A stretch of DNA of 64,000 nt from the human T2T-CHM13v2.0 reference genome, Homo sapiens: NCBI RefSeq assembly GCF_009914755.1, contig NC_060926.1; one strand, given 5' to 3'. A program made the position numbers and the translations under genes. This document shows, one piece after another, positions 1-15,424 of this stretch. The notes below the pieces were generated by a model that was given only the letters and a program-made list of their open reading frames with translations, had not been told where the DNA came from and ran no database searches. Position 1 is the first letter of the stretch, and each line of letters starts with the position of its first letter.

Positions 1-924
1 TGGATGAAAGAAACTCCTTTCCAACTTTGAAGAAAATGTCCAGGGATCGGGGAGCAGGCATGTGATATTCTTCAAGGTGCCACCAGCCTTTCTCAATAAA
101 ACATCTCCAGTGGGAAAACATGGAACCCAGAAAGGGCTGGTGTGGGAAAAATATGACAAGGATGGCCGGCAAAGTAAACCCATGGTGAATTCAACCCTGA
201 GAAAGCAGATTTCCTGGAGTGTGCAAGCTTTGCTTAGGCTTAGTTTTAATAAATAATAAAGAGACACAATTAAACAAACTAAAGGTGATCTTGCACCGGA
301 TGGCTCCTTAGGATCTTTAGAACATGGCAATTCAATTTAAACGCGGAGCCCCTACTCTGCTGGACTGACAGGAAATTGAACTGTCCAGGTCATGACTCCC
401 GTGTATGAAGTGCAGCTGTCCAGGTCACCCCTGGAACATCTTTCACAACCTTGCTGAGGGCCCTGCTAGGAACCAGGCATCTTAAGAAGCACTAGGTCAT
501 CTGGAGGCCCTTCCCATCAGTAGTTCACATGAGCACGTCCCAGTCTGCATGGTCTCCTTGGGGTTACCCCTCTGCTATTAAATATTTTCTAGAAAAAAAA
601 AAAAAAGACTCTTTGGCAAAGACCCAGCCTCCCTGAGGCACATACAGCGAGGGGGTACCACCAAGAAGCAGGTGACATCCTTGAGGCTTCTGGATTCACA
701 GACCTTTTTAGTTTAGGAAAATACAGCCCTCCTCAAACCCTATTCTTCTCTGCAGGTTTATTTGAAATGAAAGCCTGGAAGTCCAGCCACAAGTCTCTCC
801 TGAGGCTGAGACACAGAGCCAGCCAGAATGAAAAATGGAAAGGGGAAAATACAGAGAGAGAAATTAAATCAGTATCTCAAAGGTTTTCCTCTTTTTTCTA
901 AAATGAAATTCCTTTCATTTTAGT

Positions 925-1085
925 GTTTATTTTAGAGTTGAGGCAACTGAGACATGGGCATAATGACCAAAGGCACACAACTAGTTACAAACAGTGACAC
1001 AACCAGTTACTGACACCTACTAGTTACTGACAGATACTAACAGCCAACAATAGCTGGCTCTTTCTATTATACCATGGTGCCTCTT
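925..1085. mobile_element. MIR fragment with a short internal tandem repeat
   Basis: Core GAGGCAACTGAGAC...CAAAGGCACACAACTAGT. ACTAGTTACTGACA-like unit repeated about 3 times at 974-1035. Confidence 0.5.
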
Positions 1086-3717
1086 CATTTTTTCTGATTT
1101 CCAACCTCTTTTCTATTCTAAACTGCCCTTGTTGATAGGCACTTAAGTCTCTGCACCTACAGTCTTAGACATATTTGGAAACTTCTCTTAAGCATGTTGA
1201 TCCATCCAGGGCTGAATTATCTGTGATCAAAAGAATTACTCCACCCTGGGGCATATCCAACAAGATGAAAGATTCAGAAATAAATTACATTGTGCTCCAT
1301 TCTTCCTGGCTCTCAACATCTTCCCGCATAAGAAATCAGTTTCCTGAGAGTCTCCAGGCTCCAAAAGGCCATCCTAAGGGATGAAGGCAAAGTCTCATGG
1401 GTCCAGCCACCCACCACAGACATCTCTAGGATGACTTTGGGGACCTGATTGTTCCTGTGGCAATGATGCATGTGGCCTGGGAGTTTTGGGAAAGGTAGGT
1501 TCATGAGCTATTTATGTGTAGTTAAGTGTTTGGTCTTTCTCAGCATCAGCTGGCAAGGCCATGTCCTCATCCCACTGCCTCTGAGAGTCACTGCTTAGCT
1601 GTGTCTAAGCAATGAGGGGAAGAGGGGGTGATATTGTATCTAACTTTGAGAGTAATCATTACTGTGTCAGTGTGCAAATGACAAGTTCCAGTGGGTAGTG
1701 TAGAAGGTTTTCTAGTTATTTTGTCTATTATAGGCATGGTCCAATACTTCCTCTTCCTCTTTCTTTTAATAAAGGACTGCAAGAGAACAGGATGTACTGT
1801 TATGCTTTATAATTCAGGCAGACAATACAGGTATTGGCTAACTTGATTTGCCATGATCAGCTGCCTTTTTTTTTAAGCCAATCTGGCAGAAAAGACTTGG
1901 ACTGTTGTGAGAGTTGCATCGGCCCTTCCATTGCTTTTCTGTCCAATCCATTCATTAGCAGCAGAATAGTCAAGGGACCACATTACTTTACTGTAGAACA
2001 GAGAGGTCTGTTGTTGTGAGTGGGTTGACTGGGAACAAAGTTCTATCACTCCAATTCTGATTCTGGATTCTGAAGTCATTGCTAAGTTACTACCAGTCCT
2101 CATCTCCACAAATCACTTGGTGGACAATTAAAACTAAGTTAAACAAAGTTGAGCCTACTGAATACAATTTTTTCTTGCAGTCGGGGGCAGAGGTATGGTG
2201 GGAAGGGGGGCCAAAACTAGACCTAACCAAATAAGTGAAGAGCAAACAGCCACAGTGGAGGTTCTCATGGTGGCTCGGGTACTTCCTCATGCCCCGCCTC
2301 TGCACCTGCCATCTCTCTGCAACCAGAGTCCCTCTGAATGCTACCGCCACAGCCACTCTCTTCTGTCACCCTTTGCTCCCTCCTCACAGATTCCCAGGAC
2401 TTGCCAGACAGAATTATTGCCTTTTCAAATGATTTAAACCTCCTCTCTCAAGGCTTTCCTCCCCAAATTCTCCACCTCCCCTCAATTCCTCTGACTCCCT
2501 TGTACATTCCATATTGTTCTCTTTGTCACTTTCTTTCTCTCTTTTTTACCACTCCCATGTCCAGGTATGCTCGTGTATGGAGAGACAACATTCTACTTAG
2601 GTTAAATGATCTCCTTTTCAAAAATGTGGAGTGTATTTCCACAAATCTCAGACACTGAGTAGGTAGGATATTAGAGTTGCAAGAATGTTTGGACAGTAGC
2701 AACTTTAAATATTGCTTTTCTGTTTGTGGTTCTTTGAGACATATCCAAACAACTAATGGAAACAATTTTTTTTCTAAGTTTTAAGTAAGCTCTGTTGCTT
2801 TGGTGTCAGCAGCCTCTACTGCTGCCTCTTGCCAGCTTTCCACTTGGTAGAAGATGCTTCCTAAAGATGCACTTTGTGAAGTCTCTGCAGAACCAGCATA
2901 GACCAAGCCAAATCATGATGAAAATTCTTGTTGTCTGCTCCTTCTCCCAGTGCAGTCCTGTGTTTCCACTTGTTGGAAATATATCTGCCTGTCAATGTCT
3001 GAGAACGCCAGCACCTTTTCGATGTTACGAACTCACAGTGCTCCTCTTCCAGAATGCCAGCATTCATAATTTTTAAGCCTCAAACTTTCAAGAAATGGAA
3101 GCAATTGAATTACACTGCATTTAAAAGTAGAAATGGTACTATTACATAGCTAGAAATTTCTGTCAGGTATGTATTGGCAGTAACATTATTTATGCTTAAA
3201 AAATGAGTCCTTCTAAATTTACATTTGTGTGCCAGTCACAAGTTATGTTTCTAGAATGTTCTTTAGCTTCAAACAACTTTCTTTTTGTCCCAGAAATTCT
3301 GATTGCTGTGATACAGAAATTTACAGAAGTTTGAATTGAAACAAAAAGTTTCAAAACTCAGCTGGACATAAATTATATTTATTACTGTGAGGAAAACACT
3401 TAGTTGTAACCTCTCTTACAGGAAAGTTTTTGAATTTTTAAGATATGACTAATAACGATTTATGAGGTACAACTTCACAAGGAGAAAAAGGATTTGAGTG
3501 AAAACTTTTGGAGGTAAAATAGAAAATCACAAGTGTAACTATAGATGAACTCCTATAGAAATCATCTACTAACTTAATTGAGCAAGTGAAATCCATTAAA
3601 CTTTCAAAAATCAAACATGCATGATTGAGTTCTTTTTATTTACCTGCAGAGTTGTTTGTGGAATCTATTATTTTCAAAGCATGCTATCATAACATGGGTT
3701 GTCAATAACTTGATTCT

Positions 3718-3980
3718 AGTAATATGGTAGAAAGGGCATTGAATTAGGAATCAGATAACCTGGATTTTATTTTCACCCTGCTATTTACCAGGTTTGTGAC
3801 TATGGTCATGTCTCTTCAATACTTTGGATCTCTGCCTTCTCATCTGTTCAACAGGAATAATAAATACCCTACACCTCCTTGCCTCTTAATGTTGTTGTGA
3901 GGATCAAATAAGGTCCTAGTTGTTAAATAACTTTGAAACTATAAAGTGCTATACAATATAACACATTCTGCTCATTATTA
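3718..3980 (+). mobile_element. MIR SINE
   Basis: GGAATCAGATAACCTGG...TGTGACTATGG...CTCATCTGT...GTTGTGAGGATCAAATAAG resembles the MIR consensus. Confidence 0.7.
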
Positions 3981-5789
3981 CCTCAGAATTCCTCTCAGAT
4001 TACATTGCCTCAAATGCATTATTTAGGAAAAGTACAAACTTGAATGCCATATGGAGTCCTTGTTGACACTGCAGATGTTGGTTAATTTTAGATTCTAAAA
4101 GAACAAAAGAACAGAAGCACTACCAAGCAAATTAGCCTCTCTTTAGCTTTTTCTTCGAAATCTCATATTATACGAATACCAAACTAAAAATGGCAGGCTA
4201 AATATTATAGACAATTACATCATTTGAAGCATTGAAATTCTGTATATCCAAGCCCTTTTGCAGAACATGAGTTTATTCCCTCCAAAGCAGATTGCCAATG
4301 AATTTAATGCTATAAGATTAATTATGGTTACTCTTTTGAGGGCCAAGTAAAAGAATTTTAATCTTAAACTTTAACTGTAAATAATACAAAACCAAGGAAC
4401 ACTCAAGAATCTCAGAACCACAAAAAGACATGCAATCCACTTTGGTAGCCATAGTCTCTCTTGAGCTAATGGAAAAGTGAACTAAGCTTAGCTAACCTTG
4501 GGCCTCTCTGAAAATTTGGTCATATTTACAAGAGGGCATTTCTTTGCAGAAGAACAGGTGTGACAGACGTCCACATATTCATGACAACTGTTTTGATGGC
4601 TCCATCAGTTTGGGAAGACCTGTCCTGCTAACATGTACCATCTGTAAGACATCTTTTTGCATCTTGTCAAATCCAACTTCTGCTTACACATGCATAAGCA
4701 AGAGGTGTTTTTGTAAAATATATAGATGGCATCTGTCATTCTATCTTTTGTTTGCATACCACCCACTCACAAAATATATGCTAGAAAAAGCTGAGCATTT
4801 TGTAAGTGTCTTGAAATTTTAAAAAAATTATGGAAGCAATGGAACAAATGATCCTTCATATCAAAGCATATTCAATAGATTACCTGAAGTAGTTTAAAGT
4901 GGTCTATTTGATATTCTGAGCCTATGTTTTTAATGACATTTCCCAGAGAATAATTCTGTCCCAAGACTGCACACTAGGTCTTAAGGCCTTAAGATACTGA
5001 TGAAATATCACTCTAACTAGAAATAATTTTCAAATACAGGCTATCAATGTTTCACCTATAAAAATCTTGTTCCTCTAAAAGAGGCAAAAATGACAAAAGA
5101 TGTTTTAATTTATATTTTAGTAACTTAGTGGCCACTATAGGATGTATTTCAAAGTATGCTCTCATGTGGATTAGAAATATTAAAAGTAAATCCAAAGGGC
5201 AGGCTTTATGACACTGCTTATTTTGGATGCAGTCTAGACTCACTTTTTGAAGTGTTAACTATGTTATCAATGTCCCTCTACCCTGCTCATATGCGTTCAG
5301 TACTAAAGACCTGGTAAGACAGGTGCTACCTGATTCCATGTTTCCTAGTTCTCTCAAATTGGAATAACATTTTAACCCTCCAAATATTTGTCCCACGTGA
5401 AGAATTTTGTATCCGTCCAGATGATTACAGGCCTGAACCAGAAACTGATTCAAACAACTTCATTCACTGCTGAATGTGAACTGCAACTGTCCCCTAAAGT
5501 AAATTGGCTTAATTCCCTCAGGTTACCATCTGTTCCCTTCCTTCTTTAACTTCACCAGTGGGCTGAGTTTAATCATAGACCTGGAGGAGTCCTCGGAGGA
5601 AGGGGAAGGAATTCTGGCCTGGGTTGGTGTTCAGTCCTTGGGCAGGGCTGCAATAGTAGCATTATTCCTACCATGAAAAGCAGACTCTGGGAATTACCTA
5701 GAGAAATCATTTGTCAAACCATGGGAACACCATGAGTTTAATTTGCCTAATTTTGCTTGAAGATATTACATCAACTAAAAATCCTCTGC

Positions 5790-6420
5790 CAGAGATTTAA
5801 AAACGTAATCCAAACTAACTTAATGGAAAAGGTGAATTTGGCTGGGCACAGTGGCTCGTGCCTGTTATCCTAGCACTTTGGGAGGCCAAGAAGGGGGGAA
5901 TCACTTGAGCTCAGGAGCTCGAGACCAGCCTGGGCCACATAGCAAGATGCCCATCTCAAAATAAATAAATAAATAAAAATAAATAAAAACTTAAAAAGGA
6001 AGAAAAGTTCAAAAAGGTTAATTTATTGGTTCTTGTAACTGAACAATTTAGGGCATCTGATTGAGGTGAAGCTTGATCTAGGGCTCCAACAGTGACCCAG
6101 GACCTGATTTCTCTCTCTCCATTCTCAATTCAGCATCTTCAATATTGGTTCCATCTTTGGGCAAGTTCACCTTTTGTATGCCCAATATGGATGCAAGCTA
6201 CTCCAGGGACTACTTGCACCTAGGCTCAGACCCAAGTTGACTTTTTCTTGTGAGTCCAGAATGGATTATTGTGACTGGGGGAATAGGACATACTAGATGG
6301 TATAGGCCAAAGTCACATGCTTCACCCCTAAGGCAGGCAGGGAAGGATTAGATGTGGGGACATCACTCCCCTTGTCAATCCCATGGACCGTGAGTAAGGG
6401 AGGACCATAGTTCCCTGAAG
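5790..6420. mobile_element. MLT1-family (ERVL-MaLR) LTR interrupted by an Alu monomer
   Basis: CAAACTAACTTAA...AATTTATTGGTTCTTGTAACTGAA motif typical of old MLT1 LTRs, split by the FLAM at 5840. Confidence 0.55.
5840..6010 (+). mobile_element. FLAM_C-type free left Alu monomer
   Basis: Left arm only with A-rich tail. Degenerate TSD AAAAGGTGAATTT / AAAAGGTTAATTT. Confidence 0.85.
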
Positions 6421-6787
6421 ACCATGAGAGTGTGGTCAGTAGAACTGATATTCTCAACAGACATTGGGACTATGTGCACAAATAATTTCAGAAAATACTA
6501 TTTTTCACATAAGGGGGAATTCTGGATAGATAAAGTCCAAGTCTTACCAGCTGAGGAAGAAAAAAAGGTAATAGGTAAAGGATAGACTGTACCATTTAAA
6601 AAATGGAAGATAGTTTCAACTAGAATTGGACTAGATACTCTTCAGAGAGTTTGGACCGTTCTATAATTTGTAGATTTTGTGATTTCTGACGTGCACTGGA
6701 GCTAAGAAAAACTTTCTGGATGGTTATTTGCTGTATCTTGTTAACCTCATTTTCTATTTTTAAATACTTTCTCTTATGCTATAATTA

Positions 6788-7203
<416 letters not shown>

Positions 7204-7875
7204 TGATAGTGATGTGGCTGGGCTAGCTTCTTAAGATGTATATATTTTTTAAATGGCAGCTCACACTACCACATCACTCATGCACATTTCTACATCTGTA
7301 TATATTCTCGCAAAGAACTCATGTAAGTTTAGGATCCTTCTATCCTCATCTTGTATATCTGTAATCTGATAAATAAGAAAAGGTCTTTTGGGAGTAGAGG
7401 GGGGAACTAATGTAAAGATAGAATACCTGCTCTACATGGCCCAGTTATAAAGCACATTTACAAAAGTCTACCCACTTCACCAAGCCCTAAAATCTATTTT
7501 CCAAAAGCAACTATGGGAAAATGAAAAATTACTAAGGGAAATGAGAAGGAATGCTAATGAAAAATGGTCAAAGGGTATTTGGCCCTGGGGCTAGGGTAGC
7601 ACTAGAGCTGTTTCAGGTGGGGAATACCTTACAAGTTTTCAATTCCAAACCCATCAATCCTATTTGAGACTTCATTCCAGAGATGCTTCTATATGTTGAA
7701 TTAAGAAAATGCAAGTTTTCTAGAGGATGCAATTCATTAGCTGGGGCGTAATCAAATTGAATTTTATTCTCTCTGAGTTTTTTTTTTCTTCCCTTTTAAA
7801 GCATCATTCCAACTATTACTGGTTGCAGGAGAGGCAGATTAAATATTTTTAAATGTTCCTTATTAGAAAAAATAT

Positions 7876-8190
7876 GGCTGGGTGCGGTGGCTCATGCCTG
7901 TACTCCCAGCACTTTGGGAGGCCAAGGCTGGTGGATCACTTGAGGCCAGGAGCTTGAGACCAGCTTGGCCAACATGGCAAAACCCTGTCTCTACTAAAAA
8001 TTCAAAAATTAGCTGGGCATGGTGGTGGGCGCCTGTAATCGCAGCTACTCAGGAGGCTGAGGCATGAGAATCACTTTAACCTGGGAGACAGAGGTTGCAG
8101 TGAGCTGAGATGGTGCCACTGCACTCCAGCCTGGATGACAGAGCAAGACTCTTGTCTCAGAAACAAAACAAAACAAAATCAAAACAAAAC
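7876..8190 (+). mobile_element. Alu (AluS-like)
   Basis: Full dimer with (CAAAA)n tail. Confidence 0.95.
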
Positions 8191-8196
8191 CCATAA

Positions 8197-8502
<306 letters not shown>

Positions 8503-8599
8503 TGTACAGGGTACTCTTAATGAAATGAGAAAGTTAATTCTTGGAAAACTGAGGTTCTAATTTGGAGTCCCAACATCTTAGAACATTCCTTTGGAAGAT

Positions 8600-9060
8600 G
8601 TTATCAGTTTATTACAGTTTGGGAGACCTCTGGGGATTTATCATAAGGATATATTTGCAGAGATGTGCCAGGTTATTCACTACAGAATTGTTTGTAAGAA
8701 ATAGCAACGACTGGAAACAACCCAAGTGTTCGTCAAGAGGGGAACGATTAAATAAACTATGGCACATCATGCAGTGTAACGCCATGCAGATGTTGAAAGA
8801 ATGAGGAAGCTCTCTTAGTATTGATATAAAAGATCCCCAAGGAACATTGTTAGAAAAGCAAGATACAGATCAGGGATACAATATGCTACCTCCTCTGTAA
8901 GAAGGGGGAAGAGAAGAAATGTAAGAATTGCTTGTACTTGTATGAAGAAACACCGAAAGGATATACAGACAAACCAATATAAATAGATAGCTCTACCTAT
9001 GAGAGTGTGTTAAGGGGGAGAACAGAGTGAAAGGGCAGGGTAGGAGAGAGACTTTTTTAT
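8600..9060 (+). mobile_element. Old L1 (L1M-type) 3' fragment
   Basis: CTGGAAACAACCCAAGTGTTCGTCAAGAGGGGAA...AATAAACTATGG is typical L1M 3' sequence. Confidence 0.65.
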
Positions 9061-9114
9061 TTTTCATGGCCAGCTCTTACAAAGAAGGAGAGAGACTTTC
9101 CACTCCACCTTTTT

Positions 9115-9790
9115 ACAGTAGTCTCCCCTGATCCCCCTTGGGGATGTGTTTCAAGACCCCCCGTAGATGCCTGAAGCTGCAAATGATACTGAACTCTATA
9201 TATACTATGTTTTTTCCTATAAATGCATACCTATGATAAACTATAATTTATAAGTTAGGCACAGTAAGAGATTTGAACAACTAATAATAAAACAGGACAA
9301 TTACAATATGCTGTGATACAAGTTATGTGAATGGTCTCTCTTTTTCTCTCAAAATACCTTATTGTACTGCAGATTTGAGCAACCTCAGCCTACTATTTTG
9401 TTTTCTTTCTTTGAGAATTTTCACCTTTTTACTTAAAGGAGCATTTTTCAGCTTCTCTTTTGACATATCTGAATTTCCAGCTTCCCTACTCTTGTGCTTT
9501 GGGGCCATTTTTGAGTAAAATAAGGGTTCTTTGAAGAGAAACACTGCAATACAGCGATGGTCAATCTGATAAGCGAGATGCTACTAAGTGACTAATGGGT
9601 GGGTACAGGGATGATTCACATCCTGCTGGATGGGATAGAGTGGGATGATGGGAAATTTTATCACGCTACTCAGAACGACGTGAAATGTAAAACTTTTGAA
9701 TTGTTTATTCCTGGAATTTTCCATCGAATGTTTTCAGACCACAGTTGACTAGAGGTAACAAATCACAGAAAGCAAAACCATGGATGGGGT
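9115..9790 (-). mobile_element. MER44 (Tigger7-derived) DNA transposon
   Basis: Starts TA-CAGTAGTCTCCCC. Internal GGGATGATTCAC...TCACGCTACTCAGAAC matches MER44 in reverse. Confidence 0.75.
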
Positions 9791-10259
9791 TTTGATTTGT
9801 AAAATGTGAATGTATCAGCTGGTTAAATATAAATAAATATTAAAAAGGAAAATGCTTGAAAGAAGTCATTAAAGGAGTCAGAGGGAAACTTCACAGGAGC
9901 TGTAGTTGCTTTTAAAACCACAACAGAAAACCTGAATCCACCCTCCACAACGAAAGGCATCTTTTCGGTAGGGGTCAAGTTGGGGGCTGCAACAGAAACC
10001 CAGACCATACTGATTCCCATTCTCTGAGTGTCCCATTCGCTGAGCACCTGGCCTGTCTAATATCTTCAGTGCGCTTGGCTATCTTTTCATAGCTTTCTTT
10101 CCTCTAAGAAATCAGAGATTCTGGAAGATGCTGATGACAATGATTATACTTTATTAATATAATAAAGAGTTAAATTAAAGCTTTACTAAGAATGTGGGTT
10201 ATTGCATATATTCATAAATGCCAAGATAGTTCCCTAGTTATCTTCCCAAGAGGGTGAGA

Positions 10260-11449
10260 CTCCTGGTTCACGTGTCTGGACTGGGTTCCTTCTCGATGCC
10301 CTCATGATCACCTGTGTGTAGCTTTGTTATTGAGCTTAAAACATTCCATGGGAATCACTGGGGTATGAGGCAGTCTTTTCCACTAGACTGAGTTTTTTGA
10401 GGGCAAGCAATGTGTCTTATTCATTGAGTTTTGTATTCTCAGAACCTATCACAGTGCCTGCCACAAGACTGGCACTCTACAAACTGGTATTTCATCCACC
10501 GAATTGCTTAGGCCAAAGTCCTAAGAGTCATATTGAATGTCTTTCCCTCACTCACCCCATTAAATAAGACTTTTCGGTTCTACCTGCAAAACATACATTA
10601 AAACCCACTTCTCTTCACCATTTTCAGTGTTACCACCCTAATCCAGACCACTGACATCTGTAGTCTGAACCAAAACAACTAATCTTCCTTCTGATCCTCA
10701 CTCCCAAAGACCCCAGGATGCATTCTCCATATGCAGATGGAGCAATCTTTATTGTTGTTTTAGAGACAGGGTCTTGCTCCATCACCCAGGGAGGAGTGCA
10801 GTGGTGTGATCACAGCTCACTGCAGCCTCAAACTCCTGGGCTCAAGGGATCCTCCCATCTAGGCCTCCCAAAGTGTTGGAATTACAGGCATGAGCCACTG
10901 TATCTAGCCCAGAGCACTCTTTTAAAAAATAAGTCATATCACATCTCTGCTTAAAACCCTTCAATGGTTTCCTGTTACAATTAGACTAAAATTTAAACTA
11001 TTCACCCTGACCTTCAAAGTTCTGCATGATCTGGCCCCACTTGCTTCTTTGATTTCAATTCCTACCACTGCCCCTTGCTTCTGTCATGCCACAAAGATCT
11101 TCTTTCAGTTTCTCAAATCTACTTTGTGCGCTCTTGTCTCAGGGTCTCTGCACTCTTCCCTTTGCCTGAAATGCCCTCCTCTTGATTTTCGTATACTTGC
11201 TTCCTTCTAGTCATCGATGCTCAAACACCACTTCCTTAGTGAAGCCCACCATGACCACTCCAGTTACATTATTGTTCTGTGCTATTTGTAGCACCTTTAA
11301 CTATATAGATGAAAATCTTGGTTGGTTTGTGCTTATTGCCCCCACTATCTTGTAAGTTTGATGAAGACTCGTGATCATCTTTGCGTGCCTGATGCCTAGA
11401 ATAGGGCCAGGTATATAATGCTCTAAAAAGTTTTTGTTGAGTAAATAAA
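10260..11449 (+). mobile_element. L2 fragments (two 3' ends) with a nested Alu monomer
   Basis: TAGACTGAG...GAGGGCAAG...ACAGTGCCTG and CTTAAAACCCTTCAATGG...TGATCTGGCCCC motifs. Ends TTTGTTGAGTAAATAAA. Confidence 0.7.
10752..10909 (-). mobile_element. Free Alu monomer (FRAM/FAM-like)
   Basis: Single ~155-bp monomer. Degenerate TSD AGCAATCTTT / AGCACTCTTT. Confidence 0.8.
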
Positions 11450-11601
11450 GGCCTGTAAAATTAAACATGGATAGAATATTTATTTAATTTCTTTAGAGAC
11501 CTTTTTATGTCACTATTTAATTATAAAGGCAATACACGATTATTAAAATAAATGAAGATGTCATGATTGGTTTTTGAAGAAACATTGTAGAAAGTAAGCT
11601 A

Positions 11602-11952
<351 letters not shown>

Positions 11953-12006
11953 CTACAAAAAACAATAATTTATGTCATAAACCAATCTAGGGAGGCCCAG
12001 GCACTA

Positions 12007-12388
<382 letters not shown>

Positions 12389-12469
12389 TTACTGAAGGCA
12401 CTCAAAATCTATCAGGAGATATAGTTCTGTAATTATAATATCTAATATCTGCATAAAGCAAATCATGTT

Positions 12470-12670
12470 CATATTTATAATTACTTTATTTGATCACCAC
12501 AAGGGTCCCATGAGGTAAGGTATTACTATGGTTTTATTACAATTTTATATGTGAAATAACCAAGGCTCAGAGAGGTTATGTGATTTGTTTTGGATGACAT
12601 AGCAAATAACTGAGATTTTAAATTTAAGCCCAGATCTTCTGACTCAGGTCTCCTGTTCTACTTCATCACC
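12470..12670 (-). mobile_element. MIR SINE
   Basis: ATGAGGTAAGG...AACCAAGGCTCAGAGAGGTT...CCCAGATCTTCTGACTC. Confidence 0.65.
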
Positions 12671-14324
12671 ATGTCTATTTAGTGTGATAAATATATGTGC
12701 AACCTGTTATAGGAGGTTAAGTGTAACTGAGAGGACTATTTTTATTGGAAAAGTCTGGAAAAACTTTGCCGAGGAAAAGTCATTTAAATGGGGCTGTGAA
12801 GGACAGACAGGAGTTTTTCAGGTAAAGAAGGAGTCGCATTTTAAGCAAAGATTTGATGAAAAAGCAGAAAGATGACAATGAACAGCACATTCTATGTAGT
12901 GGGTAGCGGAGAGGTCCAGTAGGGAAGGTTGGGGCAATTTTGTGCCGTTTTGTATGCAGTTGGGTAGTCCATGAAAGCGGGGGACTGAAACAGTCAGATC
13001 TGGGCTTTCAAAAGAAAATTAGAGTGGCAGATTGGTAGATGAATTGGAGCATGAAGAAACAAGTTAGGAGTTTTTGCGATCTTGCGAGGTAAGTGTCTGA
13101 ATGAGGATAGTGAAAATGGAAAATACTTACTAAAAAATGTATGTGTGAGTTAGAGTCACTTATTGACCTTGGGAGGTGGCAGAGAGGGAAGAGAAGATTA
13201 TTTTAGACAACTTCTAGCATATGTGACTTTGATAAATGATGATTAGCTCAACCATATGGGAGAGTACAGAAAAAGTGGTTTGAGAAGGAAATGGTAGGTG
13301 AGGGATGGGAGTTTTCTTGTAGTTAAAGCATTTACCATTAGCCATGTTTGGTTTGAGATGCTTGTTTGTAGTATGTATGTCGAGCAGGTAGCTAAAAATA
13401 TGGTTCTAGACTTCGAAAACAAGGTTTAAGCTGGAGATCTAAATTTTAGAGTCGTCAAAATACAAGTTTTATTAAAATTCCTACTGTAAACGGGCACAAG
13501 GAAACTTTTTGGTGTAATGCAAATATTCTATTTCTTGATTATGGTAGTAGTTACAGGGTTATGTATGTCTCAAAACAGATTAAACTGGTACACTTAGAAC
13601 GTGTCTATTTTACTGAAACTTAAATCCCTTAGAAAACCCCACTAAAATTAGTAGAAGTAAACTGCCTTGTACAACATATAAGTACTGAAGAGTTTAAAAA
13701 TTGACAAACATTAAACTATTTAAAGATGAAATTAACTACTTAAGTTATATAGTTAACTAAGTTTAAATTAGCTATATAACTATTTAAGGGGAAATTGTTC
13801 TACACACATCAGTTAAAAACAAGTGATTGGCAGCAAAGAAAGTTGCCATGGTTTCAGTTGCTTCAGAAGCCACTGCTAGATGTGCCAGTTTATTGGCCAT
13901 TGGGGGATCCCTCCATCCAAAGACCTATTCCCTCCCCAAACCACCTGCCTCCACCCTGAGCACACTCTTCCTCAGCCTATGCCTGCCAACTCAGTGCCAC
14001 ATGGGTTGGCTTCCCCATTTGCTGTGGCTGAGACAACAAAAGTACTTGAAGAACACAATGTGACTCATCGCTGAACAAGAAATGTTTCCTTATTGATTAA
14101 TTTTAGGCTTATGGCCAATTTGGCCTCCTCATTTGGCATAAATCCCTCAGCATCACTTATGAACTGTCCTTTCAATGCTCAGCTTAAACTCTATTTTGTA
14201 CAAGAAACCATTTTTACTTTGATAGAAAGAGGTAACAGAAATCTGTTACCTCTATTCAGCTACCAGTATGGACATATTCACTATGAGTATACAATCATCA
14301 AACTTATATAAGTATGTTGGCATC

Positions 14325-14470
14325 TTGGTTCCATCACTTACTAAGTCTTTGTGACCTTGAAGAAAATGGGGATAATGAAACCTACCTTGCAGGGTGGTAT
14401 GAATTAAGTCAGATAGTATACGTGAAAATGCCAGTGGCAGCATTGAGTAGGTGCTCAATACATGGCAAAT
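14325..14470 (+). mobile_element. MIR SINE fragment
   Basis: TGTGACCTTG...AAAATGGGGATAATG...CCTACCTTGCAGGG...GTAGGTGCTCAATA. Confidence 0.65.
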
Positions 14471-15424
14471 TTCTTGTCAAACCTGACTATCCTTTCCTGA
14501 ATATTTAGTCTCTTAAGTTTCTTGAACGTGAAAGCACTCTTTTCTGTGCTTTGTACTTTCACCCTAATACAGTGGGATATATTCTCAGGAGTAATTGTGG
14601 AATGATGTTTACAAAGCTAGCAGGTCAAGGATAAAATTGAAGAAGATTTATGCAATAAATAGGTGGATGAGGAGAGATCATTCTTAGGGAATGCAAAAAA
14701 GGAATTTGATTCAGAGGCGGTGGCAAAGGTCTTTCTTTACATTTCCTCTTTCCATTCATTTACAATTTTATTTTGCCAAAAAGAGGGGACAGAAAGTCTA
14801 ATCTTGATGAGTGTGAAGCTGCAGGATGATGTGCCAATACACCTGGTATTGGTTCACGCCAGCTGGGAAAGGAGCTTGGCTTCTCAGTGTTTTACTACTG
14901 TGGTTTCCTGGGCTGGGCAGCTGGGTGCCTAATAATGATAAAAACCATAATACTTCATAATTACGCACTGCCCTTTGCCAGAACTTGGATTTAATTATGA
15001 CTATGACAGAACTGGCAACATCTTGCTCCCTATTGGGGTGCAATACCCAAGGGCCTGGAAATACAAAGTGAAGTGGCAACTGCACCCTTCTCCTGCAGGG
15101 CCTATCCTGGCAGTTCACCCAGGGTTCTCTGGGTTTGAAGCTCATCATCAGAAACAAAGAGTACTTTTAAATTGCTTGCATGTACTTGACACTGTCAAGT
15201 AAAGTAGCGTTTATGAAGCAACTACTGCCACACATGGGGCACAGGATCATGGAATCCCAGGCCCGGAAGGGACCAAAACAGGTGACATCATTCATAATTC
15301 TGTCCCCTGCCCTCAGGCATCACCGCCACTACACTCAAGTAGGCGAGTTCACTGACCTTTTCATTCTGATTTGGGCTGGATATACTTTTGTGGTAGCCTG
15401 TTTCAGGTGTCAGGGGGCTCACCA

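Noticed and set aside
974-1035. Short ACTAGTTACTGACA repeats as a CRISPR-like or functional array
   Set aside because: Only about three degenerate 14-16-nt units without unique spacers, inside a MIR. A simple slippage product.
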